NCBI GenBank assembly: GCA_963641945.1 | Contig: CAVIDW010000005.1 | Span: 348 to 64,347 of the forward strand | DNA length: 64,000 bases | Source of the DNA: a bacterium | GTDB lineage: Bacteria; Bacillota_I; Bacilli_A; RF39; UBA660 | Reading direction: 5' to 3' | Shown here: piece after piece, positions 9,844 to 19,662 of the stretch | Numbering within the stretch: position 1 is the stretch's first letter | Layout of the letters: each line of letters starts with the position of its first letter | Made by a program: the position numbers and the translations under genes | Notes under the pieces: model-generated | Database searches by the model: none | The model's input: the letters and a program-made list of their open reading frames with translations, nothing else | What the model was told of the DNA's origin: nothing

Positions 9844-10278
9844 ATGGATAATTTTTTAGCAAAACTTGATAAATTTAAGATATTAAATGCTGATAATCCA
9901 CTTGGATATATTAGAGATATTAATAGTTGTATCGGTCTTTTGATACATAAAGAAAATTCAACAATAATATATCACTTAGCCGCTTTTGATGAAGGAGATA
10001 TTCCTTCTATAGATACATTTAAAGGTGTTCTTGATTCTAATACTGAAATTGTTGAGATATTTATTGGACCTAACACCAATAAAGAAAATTTGAATACACT
10101 TATAAATATTTTGCTAGATAAAGATATTTCTTATGTGATTAATGATATATTTACTAATAAATCAAATCAAACAAGTTTGGGTTTTGATTATACTAGTAAA
10201 AACTATTATAGTGTTGAAATGAATATGGGAAAACCTGAATTTGTACTTGAATATTCTCTTAATCAAATGAATAGATAA
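9844..10278 (+). CDS. Hypothetical protein (144 aa)
   Basis: ORF begins 4 nt after the ABC gene stop. No recognisable motifs. Confidence 0.45.
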   Translation: MDNFLAKLDKFKILNADNPLGYIRDINSCIGLLIHKENSTIIYHLAAFDEGDIPSIDTFKGVLDSNTEIVEIFIGPNTNKENLNTLINILLDKDISYVINDIFTNKSNQTSLGFDYTSKNYYSVEMNMGKPEFVLEYSLNQMNR

Positions 10279-10394
10279 AGAACTCTTATAATCTATTTAG
10301 AGAAAAAAGTAAATCTTTTTTCTCTTTTATTTACACTATTTTTACAAAAAACTCAAAAGAAACTATTTACTTTTAAGAGTAAAAATAGTAATAT

Positions 10395-10429
10395 AGTGGT
10401 AGGAAGTGAAACAAAGTGGTAGAAAGTGG
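10395..10429 (+). promoter_or_regulatory. MraZ operator: four AGTG(G/A) direct repeats at exact 10-bp spacing
   Basis: AGTGG at 10395, AGTGA at 10405, AGTGG at 10415 and AGTGG at 10425. They lie immediately upstream of the mraZ ATG at 10442. Confidence 0.6.
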
Positions 10430-10441
10430 GGTGCTACAATC

Positions 10442-10879
10442 ATGTTGATGGGTGAGTTTCATCATAATATTGATGAAAAAGGTCGACTAATCATTCCTTC
10501 TAAATTTAGAAGTGAACTTGGTGAAAGATTGATTATTACCAAAGGACTTGATAAATGTTTGTTTATTTATTCTGAAGCAGAATGGAATAAAGTAATGCAA
10601 AAAGTAGGCAGCCTTCAATTTACTAAAAAGAATGTTAGGGCTTTTGAGAGAACTTTCATTGGTGGAGCTTCCATAATTGAATTCGATAAACAAGGTCGAA
10701 TTAATATTACCTCACCGTTAGTTCATTACGCCAATATTCAAAAAGAATGTGTGATTATTGGCGTAAATGAGCGACTTGAAATTTGGGGACTTGAAGAATT
10801 TGATAAATATATGATGGAAAGTGAAGAATCTTTAAGTGATAAACTAGAAGATTTATTTGATTTTAATTATGAAGCATAA
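10442..10879 (+). CDS. mraZ: Transcriptional regulator MraZ
   Basis: MLMGEFHHNIDEKGRLIIPSKFR, with a second half FDKQGRINITSPL (duplicated SpoVT/AbrB-like modules). The ORF-track start at 10406 would read through the operator repeats. Confidence 0.9.
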   Translation: MLMGEFHHNIDEKGRLIIPSKFRSELGERLIITKGLDKCLFIYSEAEWNKVMQKVGSLQFTKKNVRAFERTFIGGASIIEFDKQGRINITSPLVHYANIQKECVIIGVNERLEIWGLEEFDKYMMESEESLSDKLEDLFDFNYEA

Positions 10880-11771
10880 AAGTGTGTTATTAGAAGAGGT
10901 AATAAAATATTTAGATGTTAAAACAGGTGGTAAATATATAGATGCTACCGTTGGATATGGTGGTCATTCTAGTGAAATATTAAAAAAAATAGGAAAAGAA
11001 GGGGTTCTTTTCGCCTTTGATCAAGATGATAATGCTATAGAATTTTCTAATTCTAGATTATCTGAAATAGGAAGTAACTTTACAATATTTAAAAGTAATT
11101 TTGTTAATATGAAAAAATATATTAATGAAGAAGTTGATGGTATTTTATTTGATTTAGGTGTATCTAGTCCTCAATTAGATGAGGCTGATCGTGGATTTAG
11201 TTTTCATAAAGACGCTTTACTTGATATGAGAATGGATCAAAGTAATTCTTTGACTGCAGAAATAGTAGTAAACGAATATAGTTATGAGAAACTAGTTGAT
11301 ATATTTTATAGATTTGGTGAAGAAAAGTATGCTAAACCTATAGCTAAAGCTATTATTCAAAATAGACCAATTAGGACTACGTTGGAATTAGTTGAGGTTA
11401 TAAAAAATAGTGTACCAATTAGTTATAGAAATAAAAGTCATCCTGCTAGAAAAGTATTTCAAGCAATAAGAATAGAGGTTAATCATGAACTTGACATATT
11501 AGAAAGTTCTCTTAGAGATGCTTTTAGTTTATTGAAAGTAGGAGGAAGAATTGCTGTAATATCTTTTCATTCATTAGAAGATAAGATAGTTGCTAATGTA
11601 TTTAAAGATTTATGTAGTGATGATGAAAGTGCCAAAAAATTACCAATTGTACCAGATTACTTAAAGGCAAAAGCAAAAAAAATAGTTAAATTAACTCCAA
11701 GTGATATAGAACTTGAGGATAATAATAGAAGTAGAAGTTCAAAATTAAGAGTAATAGAAAGGGTTTTATGA
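10869..11771 (+). CDS. rsmH: 16S rRNA (cytosine1402-N4)-methyltransferase RsmH
   Basis: HKSVLLEEV, DATVGYGGHS, DLGVSSPQLD and SFHSLEDKIV motifs. Second gene of the dcw cluster. Confidence 0.9.
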   Translation: MKHKSVLLEEVIKYLDVKTGGKYIDATVGYGGHSSEILKKIGKEGVLFAFDQDDNAIEFSNSRLSEIGSNFTIFKSNFVNMKKYINEEVDGILFDLGVSSPQLDEADRGFSFHKDALLDMRMDQSNSLTAEIVVNEYSYEKLVDIFYRFGEEKYAKPIAKAIIQNRPIRTTLELVEVIKNSVPISYRNKSHPARKVFQAIRIEVNHELDILESSLRDAFSLLKVGGRIAVISFHSLEDKIVANVFKDLCSDDESAKKLPIVPDYLKAKAKKIVKLTPSDIELEDNNRSRSSKLRVIERVL

Positions 11772-12055
11772 AAAAGAAAAAATATTTAAAATTTAGGGGT
11801 GAAAATTTGATGTTAACAATTATAGTTGTATCTGTAATTGGTATTTTACTTACTAGTTTTATATTACCAGCTAAGTTGCAATCTTATAATTCTGAGCTTC
11901 AAAGATTAAAAACTAAAATTAATAAACAAGAAGAATTAAATGCTAGTATTCAAATGAAAATAAATGAGCTAGCTTCTTTAGATAATGCATTAGAAGTTGC
12001 AGATACCTTTGGTTTGGAGTATAATAATAATAATATTAGAATAATTTCAGAGTAG
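11768..12055 (+). CDS. ftsL: FtsL-like cell division protein
   Basis: Small bitopic protein (TM LMLTIIVVSVIGILLTSFIL followed by a coiled-coil) between rsmH and the class B PBP. ATGA overlap with rsmH. Confidence 0.6.
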   Translation: MKKKKYLKFRGENLMLTIIVVSVIGILLTSFILPAKLQSYNSELQRLKTKINKQEELNASIQMKINELASLDNALEVADTFGLEYNNNNIRIISE

Positions 12056-12065
12056 AGGTGTATAA

Positions 12066-14246
12066 ATGAAGAAAATAAGAACAATTAATATAAATACAGC
12101 ATTTATAATTGTAGTTGTTTTTATTTTTTTATGTCTAATTTTTAAATTATTTTATGTTGGAACAGGAAATGTTAAAGTAGGTAGTCAATCTTTAAGTCAG
12201 TTTGCTAGTAGTAGAGATACTGTAAAAAAAACTATTAAGGCAAGTAGAGGAACCATATATTCTAGTGGTAAAGAAGTACTAGCTAAAGATGTTAATAGTT
12301 ATACTGTTATTGCTTATTTAGATTCTTCTAGAACTAAAGATGAGAATCATCCATATCATGTAGTCGATAAAAAAACTACTGCTGAAAAGTTAAGTCCATT
12401 AATTAATATGAGTGTAGAAAAGATTATGGAACTTTTAAATACTAAAATGAAAAGTTGTGATGGCAATGAATGCAAGGAAACAATTCCATATCAAGTTGAA
12501 TTAGGTCCTGGTGGAAGGGGAATTACACAACTGGTTAAAGATCAAATTGAAGAATTAGATTTACCTGGAATAGATTTTATTTCTAGTACTAAAAGATATT
12601 ATCCTAATGGAGATTTTTTATCTTATACACTTGGATATGCTAGAAAAGATGATTCTGGTAATTATCAAGGTGAAATGGGATTAGAACAATATTATAATGA
12701 TGAATTAACTGGTAGTGATGGATATATTGAATATCAAGCTGATGTACAAGGTTATCAAATAGGTAGTGTACCTAATGTAAGCAAAGATGCTAAAGCTGGA
12801 AATGATATATATCTTACGATTGATACTAATGTTCAAATATTTGCAGAACAGTCTCTCACTGCATTAGAAGAAGCAGGAGTAGAATGGGCTACTATATCTG
12901 TAATGAATGCTAAGACTGGTGAAATATTAGCTGTTGCGTCTAGTCCTAGTTTTAATAATAATACTTTAGAAATTAAATCTTATTATGATCCATTTAGTGC
13001 TTATACATATGAACCTGGTTCGACTATGAAAATATTTAGTTTTATGGCTGCGATGGAAAATGGAATATATAATGGAAGTGAAAAATATAAAAGTGGTGTT
13101 TTAGTAGTAGATGATGCTAAAATCAAGGATTGGAATAAATATGGATGGGGAGAAATTACATATGATGAAGGATTTATGGGTTCATCAAATGTAGCTGCTT
13201 CTAAATTAGCTTTAAGTCTTGGTAGAGCTAAAATGAAAGATTTTTATACTAAACTAGGATTTGGTGAAAAGACTGGAATCTCTCTTCCTAATGAGGGAAA
13301 TGGTATTGTTAATTTTAAATATAATACTGAGATTGCTTCTGCTTCTTATGGACAAGGTATGACTGTTACTGCTGTTCAAATGTTACAAGCTTTGAGTAGT
13401 GTCGCTAATAAAGGGGTTATGTTAAAGCCATATTTAGTTTCTAAGATTGTTGATAGTGATGGAAATGTTGTTCTTGAGAATAATAAAAATGAAGTTAGAC
13501 AAGTATGTAGTGAAGAAACTGCTAGTAAACTTATTGAATTAATGAGAGGTGTAGTTGACGGTAGTGCTAAGATGTCTACTGGTACTGGGTATTATATTAA
13601 GGGATATGATTTAGTTGGTAAAACTGGTACTGCTGAAATAGCTGGTGGTAGTGGATATTTGACTGGTTCTACTAACTATGTTAAGAGTTTTGCCGGAATA
13701 TTTCCTGGTAATAATCCTGAAATTGTTATTTATGTTGCTGCTTCTAAGTTACAAAAAACTTCTGCTTTAAAAACTGCTGTTAAGGATTTGGTTAAGAATG
13801 TTGGTACATATTTAAATTTATATAGTGATAATAATCAATCTAAGAGTACAATTTTAAATGTTTCATCATATATTAATAAGGATGTTGAAACTGTTAAAAA
13901 GTCTTTAGAAAATGCTAATGTTACTCCTATAATTATAGGTGATGGAGATAAAGTTATTAATCAATATCCATTAGATGGTAGTAAATTAAATTCTGGTTCT
14001 AAAGTTTTTATATTAACTAATGGAATTAATTATACTATGCCTGATATAACTGATTGGTCAAGAAATGATGTAGAAACATTTGCTAAACTTATAAAATTAG
14101 ATGTTTTGTTTGATGGATATGGTTATGTAATTGAATATAGTTTTGATAAAAATTCTAAAATTGATTTAAGTAAATCTTTGTCAGTAACTTTAGAAAAGAA
14201 GTATGAAGAAAAAGAGGAAAAAACAATTACTAAAGAAAATAGTTGA
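12066..14246 (+). CDS. Class B penicillin-binding protein (PBP2B/SpoVD type) with C-terminal PASTA-like domains
   Basis: N-terminal TM; SxxK (PGSTMKIF), SSN (GSSNVA), KTG (GKTGTAE). C-terminal tail of about 130 aa containing two PASTA-like repeats. Confidence 0.85.
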   Translation: MKKIRTININTAFIIVVVFIFLCLIFKLFYVGTGNVKVGSQSLSQFASSRDTVKKTIKASRGTIYSSGKEVLAKDVNSYTVIAYLDSSRTKDENHPYHVVDKKTTAEKLSPLINMSVEKIMELLNTKMKSCDGNECKETIPYQVELGPGGRGITQLVKDQIEELDLPGIDFISSTKRYYPNGDFLSYTLGYARKDDSGNYQGEMGLEQYYNDELTGSDGYIEYQADVQGYQIGSVPNVSKDAKAGNDIYLTIDTNVQIFAEQSLTALEEAGVEWATISVMNAKTGEILAVASSPSFNNNTLEIKSYYDPFSAYTYEPGSTMKIFSFMAAMENGIYNGSEKYKSGVLVVDDAKIKDWNKYGWGEITYDEGFMGSSNVAASKLALSLGRAKMKDFYTKLGFGEKTGISLPNEGNGIVNFKYNTEIASASYGQGMTVTAVQMLQALSSVANKGVMLKPYLVSKIVDSDGNVVLENNKNEVRQVCSEETASKLIELMRGVVDGSAKMSTGTGYYIKGYDLVGKTGTAEIAGGSGYLTGSTNYVKSFAGIFPGNNPEIVIYVAASKLQKTSALKTAVKDLVKNVGTYLNLYSDNNQSKSTILNVSSYINKDVETVKKSLENANVTPIIIGDGDKVINQYPLDGSKLNSGSKVFILTNGINYTMPDITDWSRNDVETFAKLIKLDVLFDGYGYVIEYSFDKNSKIDLSKSLSVTLEKKYEEKEEKTITKENS

Positions 14247-14297
14247 TATTGCAACTAACAATATTTATGTGATAAAATTATTTAAGGAGGAATTATT

Positions 14298-14507
14298 ATG
14301 TGGTGGGATATTTTATATGTAACAATTGGTTTAATAGTTGGAATTATAGTTGGATTTTTTATAGCTAAGAAAATATTTCAAAAGCAATTAAAAGAAAATC
14401 CACCAATCAATGAAGAAATGATAAAAACTTTAATGAGAGGTATGGGTAGAAATCCAAGTCAAAAACAAGTTAATCAATTGATGAAACAAATGCAAAAATA
14501 TCAATAG
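14298..14507 (+). CDS. yneF: UPF0154/YneF family small membrane protein
   Basis: 69 aa. TM helix followed by KKIFQKQLKENPPINEEMIKTLMRGMGRNPSQKQVNQLMKQM, the YneF signature. AAGGAGG RBS. Confidence 0.7.
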   Translation: MWWDILYVTIGLIVGIIVGFFIAKKIFQKQLKENPPINEEMIKTLMRGMGRNPSQKQVNQLMKQMQKYQ

Positions 14508-14550
14508 AAATATTGGTATTTTTTTTGTATAATGTTTATGGTGAAATTAT

Positions 14551-15093
14551 ATGAAGTTTTTTAGACATTTACATACTATTAATAAGCATAGATTTATTGT
14601 ATTTAAATTATGTTGTAAGGTGGGGATTCCTTTTAGGGGGCTTGTTCATGATTTATCTAAGTATTCTTTTGAAGAATTTTTTGAGTCTGCTAGGTATTAC
14701 ACAGATGGTAATTATAGTCCAATTATAAGTGCTAAAATAGATAAAGGATACTCTAGAGCTTGGTTACATCATAAAGGAAGAAATAAGCATCATTTTGAGT
14801 ATTGGTATGACGATGTTGCCTCAAATCCAACGCCAATTATTCCATTTAAATACATGCTTGAAATGATATGTGATAGAGTAGCTGCTTCTAAAACATATAA
14901 TAAGAAGGAATATAAGGATTCTGATTCATTAGAATATTTTCTTAGAACCAAAGATAAAATGTGTATGAATAAATGTTTAATTGATTATTTAGAGTGTGTA
15001 TTTACTGAATTATCTAAAAAAGGTGAAGTTGTTTTAAATAGAAAGACTTTAAAACAATTGTATGATGAGTATACCAAAAATGACACTAATTAA
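14551..15093 (+). CDS. Conserved hypothetical protein with an HD-like motif (DUF5662-like by recollection)
   Basis: 180 aa. Motifs LVHDLSKYSFEEF and AWLHHKGRNKHHFEYW. Confidence 0.5.
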   Translation: MKFFRHLHTINKHRFIVFKLCCKVGIPFRGLVHDLSKYSFEEFFESARYYTDGNYSPIISAKIDKGYSRAWLHHKGRNKHHFEYWYDDVASNPTPIIPFKYMLEMICDRVAASKTYNKKEYKDSDSLEYFLRTKDKMCMNKCLIDYLECVFTELSKKGEVVLNRKTLKQLYDEYTKNDTN

Positions 15094-15097
15094 AGTG

Positions 15098-16660
15098 TCA
15101 TTTTTCAAATGTTAATTCATAAATAGATTTATTATTTATAAAATAATATCCTCCTACATATGTATATGAATCTTCAAATTCTTTTATTAATTCATTATTT
15201 TTATAAATTTTTAATGTTTTGTAATCATTTATAAATCCATATCCATTATCAAGATATTTATATAGTGCATCTTTTTCTGTTATTTCTCTAGAATTTAATA
15301 AGTCTATATAGAAATATGTTGGTTTATCACTACTATTATTTATTTGAATTCTATAATAGTTTTTATTTGTTTCTGTACTATCTATATAGTAATTACTAAT
15401 ACTATCATTGTACTTTGGAGTAAATTTATAATATTCATATAGGTCTAAATCATATATTGTAAATGTTATTTTTTTATCTTTTATATTTTCTGTATAGAAG
15501 TATTTTAAATTATATTTATTTGTTTTATTATCATATTCAAATAGGGGATGAAGTCTGTTGTTAACTATTTTTTCTAATTTTTTATTACTTATTAAATATG
15601 TTTTTAAATATTTGTTTGCTTGTGATTCGTTATATGTTGATAGAATATCATTGAAACTACATTCTGGGAATGTAATTATATATAATTGATTATTTATTTC
15701 TTCAAAAGAATAACTCATTATGTCATCTTCATTATCACAATTACCATTAGGTTCAATAGGAATAGTGTAGTCTACTATTTTTTTACCTGGTTTAGTAAAT
15801 ACACTTAATGTTTTATTTTTGGTAAACATAATATAATTATCTGAATCATTATAGTTATCATTATCTATTTGAACAAGTATTTCATTTTTGAAATTTATTA
15901 AACCATATTTTTTATTTTTATAAACTATGTATGTATTATTAGTTATTTCTTTTATATAATTATATGTGTAATCTATAATAACATTTCCTTTATAATCTAT
16001 TAGTCCACATGCTTCATTTTTATGTTTTTCATCAGTATATTTACATGCTGGGATATAATCTTTATTTCTGATTAAATCTCCATCTATTCTACTCATATTA
16101 GTTAATTCAGCTGTTATTTCTTCAGTATATAAATCATAAATAAAATAGTCATGATCATTTGTTTGGAGAATAAAATATTCACAATCTTTATTATTTTCTT
16201 TATGACATATTGGTGTGATAGATAAATATAAATCAGAAATAGTTTCATTTTTAGTATTTATAAATAGATATTTATCTTCATTTTCATCATATTCAATTTT
16301 ATAATTACCATACTTATTATAAGCATAATTATTTTCTGTATTATCAAGGATTGGAGAATCATATATTTTTCCAAATGAACCAACTATATATTTATAATTA
16401 TCATTATCATGATAGTAAATTTCATTATTGATATTATCATAATTTATATATTCATCATATTTTTTTATAAGTTTAAATGATGCTGTATTAAAGTCTTCTT
16501 TTATTTCAGGAATTTTAGGCTTATCACTTGGAATAACTGTAGGTTTATCATTCTCATTCTTTTTGTAAATAATAAACATTATTAAACATGATGTTAATAG
16601 TAATGAAAAAAATATTATTAGTGATATTCTTATAATTTTATTCTTTTTTGACATAGACAC
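15098..16660 (-). CDS. Membrane-anchored WG-repeat (KWG-like) protein
   Basis: N-terminal TM (IIRISLIIFFSLLLTSCLIMFII). Repeated ...CGLIDYKGNVIIDYTYNYI... and ...KYGLINFKNEILV... units. Convergent with the flanking + strand genes. Confidence 0.6.
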   Translation of the reverse strand: MSMSKKNKIIRISLIIFFSLLLTSCLIMFIIYKKNENDKPTVIPSDKPKIPEIKEDFNTASFKLIKKYDEYINYDNINNEIYYHDNDNYKYIVGSFGKIYDSPILDNTENNYAYNKYGNYKIEYDENEDKYLFINTKNETISDLYLSITPICHKENNKDCEYFILQTNDHDYFIYDLYTEEITAELTNMSRIDGDLIRNKDYIPACKYTDEKHKNEACGLIDYKGNVIIDYTYNYIKEITNNTYIVYKNKKYGLINFKNEILVQIDNDNYNDSDNYIMFTKNKTLSVFTKPGKKIVDYTIPIEPNGNCDNEDDIMSYSFEEINNQLYIITFPECSFNDILSTYNESQANKYLKTYLISNKKLEKIVNNRLHPLFEYDNKTNKYNLKYFYTENIKDKKITFTIYDLDLYEYYKFTPKYNDSISNYYIDSTETNKNYYRIQINNSSDKPTYFYIDLLNSREITEKDALYKYLDNGYGFINDYKTLKIYKNNELIKEFEDSYTYVGGYYFINNKSIYELTFEK

Positions 16661-16746
16661 CTCTTTATCTTTTATATTTAAATTATATCATTTTTTCTTT
16701 TAAAAAACACTAAATTAATATATAATTAAATAAGAGGAAATGAAAT

Positions 16747-17613
16747 ATGAAGAAAGTACAAGAATATATAACTTATTTATCACCAGAATTTATTTATGTT
16801 CCTTTTGATAACATAGAATTATTACATATAAAAAAGAGTAAATTGGTTTACAATAATACATTTTTAGGTACTACTAATGATGGAAAAAAAATATTTAGTC
16901 CAGTTAGTGGAAAAATAATTGGTGTTAAGGATATGATTTATAATAATAAAAATTCTAAAGCATTAGTTATTGAAAATGATTTTATAGATAGGCGTGAAAA
17001 ATTAAATCCTACTAGAAATATGAGTAAACATAAAAGAAGTGAAATAGTTGAGTCATTAGAGAAATATGGATTAAACAAAAAAATTAATAGCAAAACTACA
17101 CTCGTAGTTAATTCTTTATATGATAAGAATAATGATTTAAAAGATATGGTTATTAATTATGAATCATATGAAGAAATACTTGAAGCTATTGATGAATTTA
17201 TGGAAATATTTAATATGAAAACTTGTTATATATGTGTTGATAGAGATGACTTAATATCTATTAGTGCATATGAAAAATATATTAATGCATTTTTAAATAT
17301 TTGTTTAGTTCATTCAAATAAGAAATTTAAGGATAGCACATGTGTTTTTTATAGTGTTGAAGAAATACTTGCTATATATAGGGCAATACATTTAGATTAT
17401 ATGTATGACAATACAATTATAACTATTAATAATGGAAGTCCTACTATAGTTAAAGTTAAATTATATACTCCATTATGTGAATTATTAAGAGCACTTAAAA
17501 TAAATGTTAAAGATGCTTTAATATTTATTAATGGAGAACAAAAAGAAAACATATTGAATTTTGTTATTGATTCAACTGTAAGAAGCGTAACAATAAAGGG
17601 TAAACGTGTATGA
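16747..17613 (+). CDS. Hypothetical protein with an RnfC-N-terminal-like barrel-sandwich segment
   Basis: FSPVSGKIIGVKDM...ALVIENDF resembles the RnfC_N hybrid motif. No Fe-S cysteine clusters. ATGA overlap with holA. Confidence 0.4.
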   Translation: MKKVQEYITYLSPEFIYVPFDNIELLHIKKSKLVYNNTFLGTTNDGKKIFSPVSGKIIGVKDMIYNNKNSKALVIENDFIDRREKLNPTRNMSKHKRSEIVESLEKYGLNKKINSKTTLVVNSLYDKNNDLKDMVINYESYEEILEAIDEFMEIFNMKTCYICVDRDDLISISAYEKYINAFLNICLVHSNKKFKDSTCVFYSVEEILAIYRAIHLDYMYDNTIITINNGSPTIVKVKLYTPLCELLRALKINVKDALIFINGEQKENILNFVIDSTVRSVTIKGKRV

Positions 17614-18536
17614 TATATGTATTTTTAGGAAGTGAAATAAGTGTTTTAAAGAAGAAAATAGATGAAACAATATCTTCTTTAAAAATAAATAATATTATTA
17701 ATTATGACTTTAGTGATTCTAGTATGATAGATATTATTAATGAAGTAAATTATGTTGATTTATTTAATGAAAAGAAATTAATAATAGTAAATAATTTTTC
17801 ATTCAAAAAGTTAAAAGAAAAAGATGAAAATATACTAATTAAATATATAGATAATATGAATGATAATGTTATTATATTTAAATGTATTGATGAAAAGTTA
17901 GATGAACGAAAAAAAGTTATTAAATCTTTGAGAGAAAAATGTAAAGTTATAGTGTGTGAAAAACTAGATTACAAGGGTTTGCATGCTTATGTACAAAATG
18001 TATTTAAAGAAAATAAAAAGGAGATAACTTTTAATCAAATTAAAAAAATATTAGATTTATGTGAATATAATACTGATAAAACTATGAGTGAAGTAGAAAA
18101 ATTATTATTATATAAAATGAATAGTAAAAGTATAAGTGATTCTGATATAGATGATGTAGTAGTTAGAAGTACTGATAAAGAATTATATAGTTTTAATGAA
18201 AATGTTTTGAATAGAAAAATAGGTGCATCTTTTGATTCATTAAAAATACTTCTAAATAAAAATGTAGATAGTATAATTATAATAGATAGTTTAGCTAGAC
18301 AATATAGGCTTTTATATCAAATGAAAGTTTTACATGAAGAAATGAGTTATGATGATATGGCTCGTAGTTTAGGAATTAATTCTTTTGTGATTAAAAAAAT
18401 GATTCCTTTTGTTAATATGTATGAGGAAGAAGAAATAATTGATAAATTAATGAAATTAAGTGATATGGATTATGATATTAAAGCTAATGGATATGATAAA
18501 GATAAAGTTCTTGAGATGTTTTTACTTGCTTTATAG
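17610..18536 (+). CDS. holA: DNA polymerase III delta subunit HolA
   Basis: 308 aa. N-terminal IYVFLGSE...LFNEKKLIIV clamp-loader delta layout. The size fits Firmicute YqeN/HolA. Confidence 0.6.
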   Translation: MIYVFLGSEISVLKKKIDETISSLKINNIINYDFSDSSMIDIINEVNYVDLFNEKKLIIVNNFSFKKLKEKDENILIKYIDNMNDNVIIFKCIDEKLDERKKVIKSLREKCKVIVCEKLDYKGLHAYVQNVFKENKKEITFNQIKKILDLCEYNTDKTMSEVEKLLLYKMNSKSISDSDIDDVVVRSTDKELYSFNENVLNRKIGASFDSLKILLNKNVDSIIIIDSLARQYRLLYQMKVLHEEMSYDDMARSLGINSFVIKKMIPFVNMYEEEEIIDKLMKLSDMDYDIKANGYDKDKVLEMFLLAL

Positions 18537-18619
18537 TACATAAACTTTACATTATTTTTAAAAATAATTATGAAGAATAAATTTATTAAAGTATAATTAT
18601 AAAAAGAGGGTGAATATAT

Positions 18620-19612
18620 ATGTTGATTCTTGCAAAAAGTATATTAGGATTAATGATTGGTTTTTTTGTATCTGTAATATTAGGATTAATATTAATACCT
18701 TTACTTAGAAGATTAAATTTTAAACAAAATATAAGTGTGTTTACTGCATTTAGACATGCATATAAGAAAGGAACTCCAACCATTGGTGGATTAATATTTA
18801 TTATACCAACATTGCTTACTATGTTATTTTTGTATCTAAGAGGAAGTTTAGAAATAACACATAGTTTATTGATTATAATATTTGTGTTTGTTTCTTGTGC
18901 GTTACTTGGTCTTACTGATGATCTATTAAAGGTTAAATTTAAGAATAATGATGGGTTAAGCATTTCTCAAAAATTATTTGTTCAAGTTCTAATTGCATTA
19001 ATATTCTTTTATATTTATATGCAAGGAGGAGGAAATACTTATTTAGTTATTACTTCTCTTGGAATAAATATTAATCTTGGATGGATGTATGGATTGTTTA
19101 TTTTATTCTTATTAGTTGGTTCTTCTAATGCAGTTAATTTATCTGATGGATTAGATGGACTTGCTGGAGGACTTTCATTAATTGCTTTTTTAAGTTTTGG
19201 TATTATTACTTGGGGAACTACATGGGTGGAAGGATATCAAGAAATAGCAATATTTTGTTTTATATTAGTTGGTTCATTACTAGGTTTTCTTGTATATAAT
19301 ACACATCCTGCTAAAGTATTTATGGGTGATACAGGATCGTTATCATTAGGGGCAACATTAGCTGCTATAGCCATATTAACTAAACATGAACTATCTTTAG
19401 CTTTAATAGGTGGTGTATTTGTAATTGAAACATTATCTTCAATAATACAATTAATTAGTATAAAGAAATTTAATAAAAAAGTGTTTTTAATGGCTCCACT
19501 TCATCATCATTTTGAAAAACTTGGTTTTGAAGAAACAGATATAGTTAAAGGATTTTTGATAATTGGATTTATGCTTGGTATGATAGCTATATATTATGGA
19601 GTATGGATGTAA
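18620..19612 (+). CDS. mraY: Phospho-N-acetylmuramoyl-pentapeptide transferase MraY
   Basis: KKGTPTIGGLIF, NAVNLSDGLDGLA, MGDTGSLSLG and APLHHHFE motifs. Confidence 0.9.
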   Translation: MLILAKSILGLMIGFFVSVILGLILIPLLRRLNFKQNISVFTAFRHAYKKGTPTIGGLIFIIPTLLTMLFLYLRGSLEITHSLLIIIFVFVSCALLGLTDDLLKVKFKNNDGLSISQKLFVQVLIALIFFYIYMQGGGNTYLVITSLGININLGWMYGLFILFLLVGSSNAVNLSDGLDGLAGGLSLIAFLSFGIITWGTTWVEGYQEIAIFCFILVGSLLGFLVYNTHPAKVFMGDTGSLSLGATLAAIAILTKHELSLALIGGVFVIETLSSIIQLISIKKFNKKVFLMAPLHHHFEKLGFEETDIVKGFLIIGFMLGMIAIYYGVWM

Positions 19613-19616
19613 TAAA

Positions 19617-19638
19617 AAGAACTTAAGTGTTCTTTTTT
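19617..19638 (+). terminator. Hairpin plus T-run after mraY
   Basis: aagaac-ttaagt-gttctt followed by tttt. Confidence 0.45.
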
Positions 19639-19662
19639 AATTTATAAAAAATAAAATTAAGT

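Noticed and set aside
18586-18963. Minus-strand ORF overlapping the mraY start. A similar case is 39629-40012, opposite the small secreted-protein gene, and another is 52703-52903, opposite the pilin promoter and start.
   Set aside because: The opposite-strand genes have RBSs, signal peptides or family motifs. These ORFs have none.
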